Assembly: GCA_963847415.1 (NCBI GenBank)
Contig: CAWJZQ010000030.1
Coordinates: 344,831-408,830, forward strand
Source of the DNA: an uncultured Thermoleophilia bacterium
Lineage (GTDB): Bacteria > Actinomycetota > Thermoleophilia > Gaiellales > Gaiellaceae
Direction: 5' to 3'
DNA length: 64,000 bases
In this document: in pieces, positions 52,327-60,747 of the stretch
Numbering within the stretch: the first letter of the stretch is position 1
Layout: each line of letters opens with the position of its first letter
Made by a program: the position numbers and the translations under genes
Notes under the pieces: generated by a model
Seen by the model: the letters and a program-made list of their open reading frames with translations, nothing else
Told to the model about the DNA's origin: nothing
The model's database searches: none

Positions 52327-52373
52327 CGAACTTGGTTCATTCGTGAACGACGTTCACGACTGAACCAAGTTCG
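52327..52373. terminator. 47-nt near-perfect compound palindrome between convergent genes (probable bidirectional terminator; contains three GAAC-N3-GTTC elements)
   Basis: CGAACTTGGTTCA-T-TCGTGAACG-A-CGTTCACGA-C-TGAACCAAGTTCG. It lies 7 nt after the phosphoesterase stop and 15 nt after the YjbQ stop. It is visibly less GC-rich than its flanks. Confidence 0.6.
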
Positions 52374-52387
52374 TGAGTCGTTCGTGC

Positions 52388-52844
52388 CTAGGAGCCGACG
52401 ACCTTGCAGAGCCAGCGGCGCGGGCGCGAGCGGTCGAGCTCGATGAAGAGCACCCGCTGCCACGTGCCGAGGCAGAGCTCGCCGTCGCCGACCGGGATCG
52501 ACTCGCCGGCGGAGCCGAGGATCATCGACATGCAGTGCGCGTGGCCGTTCGCCGACTTCCTTGTCCTCCTCGCAGATGTTCTCGGTGCGGCGGTCCCAGT
52601 CGTCGTGCGCGTAGTACGTCTCGTGCGGGATCAGGCGGCGCAGGAGCGCGCCGAAGTCCTCGAACATGCCGCGCTCGTACTCGTTGACGCGCACGCAGCA
52701 CGTCGTGTGCGGCGAGTAGACGCAGCAGATGCCGTCGACGACGCCCGGACTCGCGGACGATCTCACGCGACCTCGTCCGTGATGTCGGTGACGTGAAGGC
52801 CGCCGGTGGTCTGGAAGTGCCGCTCCGCCTGGAAGACCTTCATC
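52388..52844 (-). CDS. YjbQ/UPF0047 family (secondary thiamine-phosphate synthase-like) protein (net +1 length, about two frame changes)
   Basis: MKVFQAERHFQTTGGLHVTDITDEV, then VVDGICCVYSPHTTCCVRVNEYERGMFEDFGALLRRLIPHETYYAHDDWD, then NGHAHCMSMILGSAGESIPVGDGELCLGTWQRVLFIELD. Confidence 0.7.
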
Positions 52845-52906
52845 TCCACGCCGCGCGAGTCTAACGGGCCGCTCACGGCCACCGCGGGCGCTACATTCGC
52901 GCCGTC

Positions 52907-52979
52907 GGGCCCGTAGCTCAGCGGTTAGAGCAGGGAACTCATAATTCCTTGGTCCCTGGTTCGAATCCAGGCGGGCCCT
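52907..52979 (+). tRNA. tRNA-Met (anticodon CAT; elongator-type or tRNA-Ile2 precursor), no encoded CCA
   Basis: Manual cloverleaf: acceptor GGGCCCG/CGGGCCC, D-arm GCTC-AGCGGTTA-GAGC, anticodon arm GGGAA-CTCATAA-TTCCT, variable TGGTC, T-arm CCTGG-TTCGAAT-CCAGG. G1-C72 is paired and the GGG/CCC initiator signature is absent. Confidence 0.9.
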
Positions 52980-53083
52980 TTTTGCACACTCGGCAACGAG
53001 GCGGAACCCGCATGTGCAATAGGGAGAAACACTTGCGGTGATCGTGTTCGTCCTCGTAGCATTCTGGGGGGTTGGTGACGCGG

Positions 53084-54184
53084 ATGAAGAGCCGTGTGCT
53101 TGGCGCCGGAGCGACATTCGCGTTTCCGGTGCTGCTCGGCTCGGCTGCGCTGTTGGCATTGCTTGCTTCGGGCTCGGCCCTTGGTGCACCGGGGAAGCAG
53201 GCGGTGACGTATACGGCATGCATCGAACTGACCGGTGATCGCCAGACGTTTCGCGATCTGAAGCTGCGCGAGAGTGCGTGCGCGAAAAATGAACGGCGGG
53301 TTGCCTGGCCGCCCGGCGCCCGCGGCCCGACAGGCCCGCAGGGAGCACAGGGTCCTGCGGGTCAGCAGGGAGCACAGGGTGCGGTGGGGGCTGCGGGAGC
53401 GCAGGGTCCTGCGGGGGCGGCCGGTCAACGCGGCGCGACAGGCGCGGCGGGTTCGCCCGGTGTCGTTGGTCCCGCGGGGGCTGCTGGTCTGCGTGGTCCG
53501 AGCGGGTCGCGTGGCCCGACCGGTCTGGCAGGAGCTACCGGCGCAACCGGTTCAGCCGGGCAGACCGGCGCGGTGGGTCCCACCGGAGCCGCAGGCGCAA
53601 CCGGAGCTACAGGCGCAACCGGAGCTACGGCGCTGCCGGAGCACGCGGCGCGACGGGCGCGACCGGTCCGACCGGCGCACGCGGTCCTACAGGGAGATCG
53701 GGACCAACCGGAGCGCGCGGAACAACCGGCGCGACCGGAGTCACCGGTGCGAACGGCACGACAGGCGCGAAGGGTGTGACCGGCGCCAACGGCGTAACCG
53801 GTAGTCGGGGGTCAACCGGATCGCGAGGTCCACAGGCGCCAAGGGCGCGACAGGTGCCATTGGCGTGACAGGCGCGAAGGGTTCGACAGGCGCGAAGGGT
53901 CCGACGGCAGCGGTGGGGCCACGGTAACCGTGGTCCGAGTCTCGGCTAACGCGACGACGGTGACGGCCACCTGCGCACCTGGGAGCCACGTCGTCGGTGG
54001 CGGCGGATTCGCCTCTGGCGTCGTCGTCACCGGTGGCAACGCGTCGAATCTCCAGGGCAGCTTCGCGTCGGACGACGCTGGCGTCCCGGCCCTGAGCGGG
54101 GCGGTCAATCCTCCTGCCTGGACGTCGGTGTACTTCCAGGCAGGCCCGGACAACACTTCGACGGCGCTCTGCGTTCCCGACTAG
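53084..54184 (+). CDS. collagen-like triple-helix-repeat protein with signal peptide and about 85-aa C-terminal globular domain (about three frame changes)
   Basis: Signal [35 protein letters not shown]. There are at least 60 Gly-X-Y triplets ([43 protein letters not shown]...[23 protein letters not shown]...). The C-terminus is [26 protein letters not shown]...ALCVPD. Confidence 0.75.
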
Positions 54185-54273
54185 CGAGTTCGCCCCGCGG
54201 TCGGGCCGGGTGTCGATCCGAACTGCTCGCGGGCGGGCTGAGTCGGTCGCCGGACGACGAGACCGAGGACGAC

Positions 54274-55125
54274 TCATGCGGTCCCGGTGAGGCGTCGGAG
54301 CGACGCGCGAACCGCGCCCGGAGCCTCGACCCACACGAAATGCCCCGCACCGTCGACGATTTCTACCCAGGCGTCGGGAATGCGGTCCGCCGCATCCGTC
54401 GATGCGGGGAGCGGCATCGGGCTTCGGGAGCCGTGGACGAAGCCGACCGGGACCCGGATGCTCGGCAGTCCCGCCTCGAGTGCAGGCAGCTCCGCGAGGA
54501 TCGACCGCCCCATCTCCGCCCCACGCTCAGTCGCAATCCTGAGCTCGGGCATCGGCGGTGCCGTCGCCGGATCGGCGAAGTACGCCGGCCAGACGAGCCG
54601 CAGTCCCTCGAGCGCCAGCTCTTCGTCGGCAGTGCCTTGCGTGGTCAGCTCGTCGAGCTCACGTGCCCGCTCCCGCACGGCCTCCGGCGTCCGCCGAAGC
54701 ATCTCCTGATCGAACTCCGGCCACCGCCCGTCGCCTACCGAGCCCAGGGGGTCGACTGCGAGCACGCCGAGGACCCGCTCGGGCAGCCCCTCGGCGACAT
54801 GCAGGGCGAGGTGGCCGCCCCACGAGTGGCCGACGACGTACGCCTTCTCCCAGCCAAGCGCGTCCAGGACGCGACGCGCGTCATCGACGTCCGCCGCCAC
54901 CGAGTACGGCCCTGCGCTCGCCGACGGGGAAAGCCCTCGTTGCTGGTACCAGACGACGTCGTTCTCGACTGCGAGCTCTTCGGCGAGGGCGCGGAGGTAC
55001 TCGAAGCTGAGGCTCGGCCCGCCGTGGAGCAGCAGAATCGGTGGTCCGCTGCCGGCCCGGCGGCCGCCTATGAGCGGTTCGTCGTCGTCAGTGGCAACTG
55101 CCGTCCACGACATGGCGTCGATCAT
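54274..55125 (-). CDS. alpha/beta hydrolase (proline iminopeptidase-like)
   Basis: PPILLLHGGPSLSFEY (HGGP oxyanion motif), nucleophile elbow VVGHSWGGHLAL and C-terminal GAGHFVWVEAP. Start taken at MIDAMSW. Confidence 0.8.
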   Translation of the reverse strand: MIDAMSWTAVATDDDEPLIGGRRAGSGPPILLLHGGPSLSFEYLRALAEELAVENDVVWYQQRGLSPSASAGPYSVAADVDDARRVLDALGWEKAYVVGHSWGGHLALHVAEGLPERVLGVLAVDPLGSVGDGRWPEFDQEMLRRTPEAVRERARELDELTTQGTADEELALEGLRLVWPAYFADPATAPPMPELRIATERGAEMGRSILAELPALEAGLPSIRVPVGFVHGSRSPMPLPASTDAADRIPDAWVEIVDGAGHFVWVEAPGAVRASLRRLTGTA

Positions 55126-55176
55126 CTCACGGCGCGTTCCACGGTCTCGGCCCACGCAGCGCGAGACGCCATAGAC

Positions 55177-55710
55177 CCTGAACGACGAAAGGCCCTCGCG
55201 GGCCTTTGGTCGGGTCACTCGTCGGCCGCAGGCGAGGTGTCCAGGGCCAAGGTAGGTGGTGTGCTGCTGCTCGACGCTGACCCTTTCGTGTCAACCTCCC
55301 GATTCGGACGCTGCCCGAGCTCGTCGAGCCGGCAAGGCTTCCTCAACGACGAAAGGCCCTCTCGCCTTCGCTTTGAGGGAAGCGCGCAACGGGGAGAATG
55401 GGAGATCCCCGTTGACGGAATCGCGCTCACCTGAAAGGGACGGGCTCGTGGGCCTTTCAGTCGGGTCACCTCAGAAGGAGGCTAAGAGCCCAAGGTATCC
55501 CTGTTTGCCTGCCCGCGTGTGACCCGACCGTGTCAGCTTCCAGTTCGGACGACACGGCCCTCAACGACAAAAGGCCCACGAGGGGAACGCGGGCCTTTCG
55601 TCACCACAACCTCGACGAGGAGGTCAAGAGCCAGGGTATTTGGCGGGTGAAAACCCGGGTGTGACCCGTTGGCGTCAACAGTCCCGTTCGGACGCGGATC
55701 GCATCGACCC
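55177..55710. repeat. three tandem 165-220-nt repeat units (A 55177-55340, B 55341-55558, C 55559-~55710), each led by a strong hairpin
   Basis: Every unit starts CCT(G/C)AACGAC(G/A)AAAGGCCC-loop-GGGCCTTT. Shared blocks follow: (A/G)AGG(A/T)GG(C/T)..AGAGCC(C)A(A/G)GGTA, G(T)GTGACCC, GTCA(A/G)C and CC(A/C)G(A/T)TTCGGACG. No ORF with a plausible start or RBS is present, and GC is lower than in the flanking genes. Confidence 0.65.
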
Positions 55711-56076
55711 CAAGGCGTCGGGCGCGTGTGCTTCACCCGGCGAGGTCGTCAGTCAGTCATCACGACGTTGACAAGCGTTCCTCTCGGCGGCGGCGCGGCT
55801 CGAGCTCGGGCGAATCGAGAAGGGTTTGACTCCAGGCAGCTTCGGTCAAAACCTCAGCGGGCGGGCTCGGCCCGCCGCGGCTGAGAGAGGCCGAATCTTG
55901 CGGTCCACGCGGGCCGTTGAAGATTCGAGGGCGCCCGAACCTGGCCGCAGGGAAAAGGCGCCCTCTTCATGTCCCCGCGCGGGACGCCGGGGCGCGAAAC
56001 CTAGCCATCCGGCTAGAAGAAAAACGGCCCGGAACGGTATGGCGGTCCTGACGCGCTGTTCCTAGCCTGAGCGGGC

Positions 56077-57352
56077 GTGTACCAGGTGCAGAACTCGCAG
56101 ACGCTCGTCGCGGTCCACCGCCGGCTGTTCGCGCGCGGGCGGACGGCGCCGCTCGTCGCCCGCACGGTCATGCTGCTCGGCCTCACGAGCCTCTTCACGG
56201 ACATCTCGTCCGAGATGGTCTCGACCGTCCTGCCGCTCTACCTCGTCTACACGGTCGGCCTCTCGCCGATCGCGTACGGCTTCATCGACGGCCTCTACCA
56301 GGGCGCCGGCGCGATCGTCCGCGTGGCGAGCGGCTTCGTCGGCGACCGGTTCCGCCGCCACAAGGAGGTCGCGGCGGTCGGCTACGGCCTCTCGGCCTTC
56401 TGCAAGCTCGGCTTCCTCGCGGTGGGCGGTGCCGTCGGCGCGCTCTCGGCGGTCATCGTGCTCGACCGCACCGGCAAGGGCATCCGCACCGCGCCGCGCG
56501 ACGCGATGATCTCGCTGAGCACGCCGCAAGGAGCAGCTCGGCACCGCGTTCGGCGTGCACCGCGCGCTCGACACGACCGGGGCGATGATCGGCCCGCTGC
56601 TCGCGTTCGGGATGCTCGCGGTCGCGCCCGGTCGCTTCGACGCGATCTTCATGGTCAGCTTCCTGATCGCGCTCGTCGGGCTCGGCATCCTCGTGCTGTT
56701 CGTGCAGAACAAGCGTGAGGAGGAAGCGGTCGGCGAGGCCGAGCCGCGCCCGCCGGTGTCCCTGCGCTCCGCGCTCGGGCTGATGAAGTCGAAGACGTTC
56801 TCGACCGTCGTCGCGCTCGGCTGCGTGCTCGGGCTCGCGACGATGAGCGACGGGTTCGTCTACGTCGGGCTGCAGCATCGCATCGGCTTCGAGACGCGCC
56901 TCCTGCCGCTGCTCTACGTCGGCACGTCGCTCGTCTACATGGTGCTCGCGGTCCCGGTCGGGAAGCTCGCCGACCGGTACGGACGCATGCTCGTGTTCGG
57001 CGTCGGCTACTCGCTGCTGCTCGTGCTCTACGCGACGCTGCTCCTGCCGAGCGTCGGCCCGACGATGCTCGTCCTGTGCATCCTGCTCTTCGGCACGTAC
57101 TACGCGGCGACCGACGGCGTGCTGATGGCGCTCGCCAGCCCGCTGCTCCCGGAGGAGACGCGCGGCAGCGGCCTCGCGCTCGTCACGACGGGGACGACGC
57201 TCGCCCGCCTCTTCGGATCGCTGGCTTTCGGCGCCCTCTGGACGCTCGCGGGGCTGAACGCGGCCGTCATCGTCTTCATGATCGCGCTCGCATTCGCACT
57301 CGGGTTGACCGCGGTGCTCGGACGTCGCGTCGCACGCGTCGCCGATGCTTGA
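56077..57352 (+). CDS. MFS transporter (one frame change near 56525)
   Basis: 12-TM pattern. Motifs are LGLTSLFTDISSEMVSTVLPLYLV, DRTGKGIRTAPRDAMIS (MFS loop 2-3 type) and ADRYGRMLVFGVGY. Confidence 0.8.
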
Positions 57353-58407
57353 TTCGCACCGCGGCCGCATCTTCGCCGGCCTCGTCGCGCTCTGTGCCGT
57401 CGCAGCGGTCGCCTACCTGCTCGTCGCGAGTCGTGCGCCGCAGCTCGCGCCGGCGGCGACCAAGCCCGCGCACGTCGCGACGCGGGCGGCGACGCTCGCG
57501 GGGACGACCGTCGAGGCGCGCCGCTTCCTCGCAGCGAACGGCATCACGCGCGGCTCGATCGTCTTCCGCGACCTCGACCGCCACGACACGTCGAACTGGG
57601 GGCGCGTGGCGACAGCGCCGCTCGCGAGCGCCGGCAACCGCCGGCTGGTCGGCACGCTGCACTGCGAGCGCGTCTACGTCCAGTCCGGGCGTGGGCTCTG
57701 CCTCGCGAAGGGCGGCGGCTTCGGGACGCTCTACAACGCGGAGGTGCTCGACGCGCACTTCAACGTGCTGCACCGGATCGCAATCGGCGGGATCCCCAGC
57801 CGTGCGCGCATCTCGCGCGACGGCCGCTACGGCGCGACGACCACGTTCGTTGCGGGCCACTCCTATTCGACGCCGGGCAAGTTCTCGACGCAGACGCTCC
57901 TGATCGACATGAGGACGCGGCAAGACGATCACCGATCTCGAGCGGTTCAAGGTCACGATCGACGGCAAGCTCGTCGACAAGCCAGACGTCAACTTCTGGG
58001 GCGTCACGTTCTGGCGGACGGACAGCAACCGCTTCTACGCGACGCTCGCGACCGGCGGCAAGACGTACTTGATCGAGGGCAACATCGCGCAGCGCACGGC
58101 GCGCGCGCTGCACACGAACGTCGAGTGCCCGTCGCTCTCACCCGACGGCACGCGCATCGCCTACAAGAAGCTCATCGAGCTCGCACCGGGCACGCCCCGG
58201 ATCTGGCACCTGCACGTCCTCGACCTGCGGACGATGAAGGACACCGCGCTGGCCGAGCCCGGCGCGATCGACGACCAGGCCGAGTGGCTCGGCAACCACG
58301 TGGTCGTCTACGGCAGCGGCGAGGAGATCAAGGCCGTCCGGGCCGACGGGACCGGGCAGCCGGTCGAGCTCGTCGCTGCGGCCGACTCGCCGGCAGTGGT
58401 GAACTGA
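57345..58407 (+). CDS. exported PD40/TolB-like beta-propeller protein (one frame change near 57920)
   Basis: ATG overlaps the MFS gene end by 8 nt. TM IFAGLVALCAVAAVAYLLV. Then ISRDGRYGATTTF, FWGVTFWRTDSNRFYATL and CPSLSPDGTRIAYKK. Confidence 0.6.
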
Positions 58408-58436
58408 CAGCCCGACGGGAGTAGGGTTCGGCCGTC

Positions 58437-59028
58437 ATGGGACGGCCGACGACAAGCGGCGGCGGATCCTCGACGCCGCGGTCCGCGTCTTCGCAGCGCA
58501 GGGCTACGAGGCGATCGCGTGTCGGCGACGTCGCGAAGGAGGCAGGCGTCGCCTACGGCCTCGTCTACCACTACTTCGGGTCGAAGGACGCCGTGCTCGA
58601 GGCGGTCTTCCGCGAGGCGTGGGGGCGGCTGCTCGCCGCCGTCGCGCTCGCCGAGGAGACCGGCGAGACCGCGCCCGAGCAGCTCGAGCTCGTCGTGAAG
58701 ATCGTGCTGCGCGCGTGGCGCGACGATCCCGACCTCGTCCGGCTGCTCGTCCGCGAGATCACGCGCAGCCCGCACATCCAGGACGAGCTCGACGAGATCG
58801 GCCAGGCGTTCGCGAGCCTCGAGCGGATCGTGCGCCGCGGCCAGGAGGAGGGGACGTTCCGCGCCGACGTCGACGCCGCGCTCGCGGCCTGGATGCTCTA
58901 CGGCGCGCTCGAGGAGGTGCTGACCGGGCTGGGTGCTCGGCCAGCTGCCCGACGACGCGGACGCCGTCGCCGCCGCCGAGCGCGAGGTGACAGCGACGAT
59001 CGTCGGCGGGCTCCGCGCGACTGCCTGA
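58437..59028 (+). CDS. TetR/AcrR family transcriptional regulator (about three frame changes)
   Basis: RRILDAAVRVFAAQGYEA, HTH VGDVAKEAGVAYGLVYHYFGSKDAVLEAVF and a C-terminal ligand domain. Stop at 59026-59028. Confidence 0.75.
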
Positions 59029-59145
59029 GCGGCTGGTTCGTCAGCAGGCTGGTGTCGCGAGCGCCCGCGCGAAAGATCAGTGCGACGGGGGTCGGGCCGA
59101 ACCACCGCCGGCCCGGCCCCTTTCGGTGCATGGGAGGATCGCCGC

Positions 59146-60133
59146 ATGCTCGACCCGCAAGAGCGTTGGCGGCCGCTCGCCCGACAAGCCCGACTACGCC
59201 GGCTTCCTCTCGTTCGGCGGGCGCTGCCGATCGCGCAGGAGCCGGAGCACCTCGCGGGCGTCGACGTCGCGATCGTCGGCGCGCCGACCGACGACCTCGT
59301 CTCGGACCGGCCGGGCACGCGCTTCGCGCCGCGCGCGATCCGCGCCGCGTCCTGCCCGCCCGGGCCCGCACCTCGAGGCAGGCATCGACGCGTTCGCCGA
59401 GCTGTCGCATCGTCGACTACGGCGACGCGCCGGTCATCCCGGCCGACCCGGCAGCGACGCACGCCGCGATCGAGCGGCTCGTCGGCGAGGTCGTCGACGC
59501 GGGCGCGCTGCCGGTGACGCTCGGCGGCGACCACTCGATCACCGAGCCGTGCATCGCCGCGATCGCGGAGCGCGCCGGCCGGTCGGGCTGATCCACTTCG
59601 ACACGCACACCGACACCGGCCGCGAGGTGTTCGGCGTCGAGCGCTCGCACGGCACGCCGATGTTCCGTCTCGTCGAGGCGGGCGCGGTCGACGGCGCGCG
59701 TTACGCGCAGATCGGGCTGCGCGGCTACTGGCCCGGGCCGGCCGAGTTCGCGTGGCAGCGCGAGCACGGGCATCGCGAGCTTCTTCATGCACGACGTGCG
59801 CGACCTCGGCATTCGCGAGGTGCGTCGAGCGCGCGCTCGCGCACGTGGGGGAGGGGCCGGTCTACGTGACGGTCGACGTCGACGTGCTCGACCCGGCGTT
59901 CGCGCCGGGCACCGGCACGCCCGAGCCGGGCGGCATGACGTCGGTCGACCTGCTCTGGGCGGTGCGCGAGATCGCGTCGTCGCGTCGAGCTCGTCGGCGC
60001 GGACGTCGTCGAGGTGCTGCCGACGGCGGTCGGCTCGGCGGACATCACCGCGCTCGTCGCCGAGCGGGTCGTCCGCGAGCTGCTCACCGGTCTCGCTCTT
60101 CGAAGGTCACGCGCTCGAACGGCCAGCGCGTAG
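59146..60133 (+). CDS. agmatinase / guanidino-acid ureohydrolase (arginase family; about six frame changes)
   Basis: RBS GGGAGGA precedes ATG 59146. Mn-ligand motifs are [19 protein letters not shown] and [25 protein letters not shown]. Also [28 protein letters not shown]. Confidence 0.8.
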
Positions 60134-60566
60134 CGACCCACTCGCGCACCGCGTGCTCGAGCACCGGGTCGAGCCCCTCGTCCCAGGCGCTCTGCCGCAC
60201 CCACAGCCGCAGGCGCACGTCGTGCGTCTCCGAGGGGTAGAGGTAGACGCAGCCGAGCACCTGCGACTCGTCCGGCGCGACGACGGTGTACGCGAACGAG
60301 CGCCGCAGCTCGAACTCCTTCTGGTGCCAGCCGAGGTCGACGAGGTTCTGGGCGACCGTCGGCACGAACGGCGGCTGCGGCGTGCCCTCGTGGTCGACCC
60401 GCGAGCAGATCGCGTCGAAGTCCTGGACGACGTCGTCGACGGTCAGCATCCGGAGCCGGAAGCGCTCGTGCTCGAGCCCGGCGGGCACGTCGAAGTCGTC
60501 GGGGACGAGCTCGTACACGCGACGATCCTGTCCCGAATGGACACGAACATATGTTCGTACTAGCAT
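60084..60566 (-). CDS. GNAT-like acetyltransferase family protein (start uncertain)
   Basis: [78 protein letters not shown]. The first codons overlap the SOS-type box, so a downstream GTG start is possible. Confidence 0.45.
   Translation of the reverse strand: MLVRTYVRVHSGQDRRVYELVPDDFDVPAGLEHERFRLRMLTVDDVVQDFDAICSRVDHEGTPQPPFVPTVAQNLVDLGWHQKEFELRRSFAYTVVAPDESQVLGCVYLYPSETHDVRLRLWVRQSAWDEGLDPVLEHAVREWVATRWPFERVTFEERDR
60544..60557. promoter_or_regulatory. LexA (SOS/Cheo-type) box CGAACATATGTTCG
   Basis: Perfect 14-bp palindrome matching the Gram-positive/actinobacterial consensus CGAAC-N4-GTTCG. It lies 190 nt upstream of the exonuclease/GIY-YIG gene start and within the divergent gene's 5' end. 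Confidence 0.6.
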
Positions 60567-60722
60567 CGGGACATGCCCTCCCTCAGAGGTAGGCCACGTC
60601 CGGAACGGCCAGGCCCACGACGGCCCTGGCCGCCGGGCGACGCCACGTCCCTTCCCCTGCGCAGTAGCTCTTCGGGACGTGTCCCACCTCAGAGGTAGGA
60701 CAGGTCTCGAACAGCCGGTCCC
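60567..60722 (+). repeat. two 50-nt direct repeats (60567-60616 and 60673-60722) in the leader of the exonuclease/GIY-YIG gene
   Basis: CGGGACATGCCCTCCCTCAGAGGTAGGCCACGTCCGGAACGGCCAGGCCC versus CGGGACGTGTCCCACCTCAGAGGTAGGACAGGTCTCGAACAGCCGGTCCC. By hand count 39 of 50 positions are identical, with an exact 13-nt core CCTCAGAGGTAGG. Confidence 0.6.
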
Positions 60723-60747
60723 GGCCCGCTCGTGGCGGGCGGCCTGG

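Noticed and set aside
52218-53375. 385-aa minus-strand ORF.
   Set aside because: It runs through the tRNA-Met gene and the palindrome. Only its 52388-52844 portion, in shifting frames, corresponds to a real gene (YjbQ).
53320-53900. Gly-X-Y region as a mere low-complexity artefact or off-frame reading.
   Set aside because: The Gly periodicity is strictly every third codon over hundreds of nt. It is preceded by a proper signal peptide and followed by a non-repetitive C-terminal domain, and the antisense and other frames give Arg/Pro junk. It is accepted as a collagen-like gene.
55177-55710. CRISPR array.
   Set aside because: The units are 165-220 nt long with internal conserved islands. They are not 25-40-nt repeats alternating with unique spacers, and no cas genes are in the window.
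55215-55736. Minus-strand ORFs 55215..55469 (84 aa) and 55533..55736 (67 aa) as small protein genes.
   Set aside because: They are the tandem repeat read in different frames. Their GTG starts are preceded by CCTCC rather than an SD sequence, and their composition is not protein-like.
55855-55965. TPP (THI-box) riboswitch upstream of the MFS transporter.
   Set aside because: GCTGAGAG and CCCGAACCTG..GCAGGGAA resemble THI-box pieces. However, the conserved ACCTGATC.GG...CC.GCGTAGGGA P4/P5 segment is about 14 nt too short, CTGAGA is buried in a perfect helix, and an extra 44-nt hairpin sits where only a short linker is expected. The region is kept only as an unclassified structured leader.
52980-56076. 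tRNA-Met-associated genomic island or prophage remnant.
   Set aside because: tRNA adjacency, the collagen-like gene and the repeat-rich lower-GC DNA are suggestive. However, no integrase, excisionase, phage or transposase gene is present, and I found no direct repeat of the tRNA 3' end. It is reported only as a hint inside other findings.
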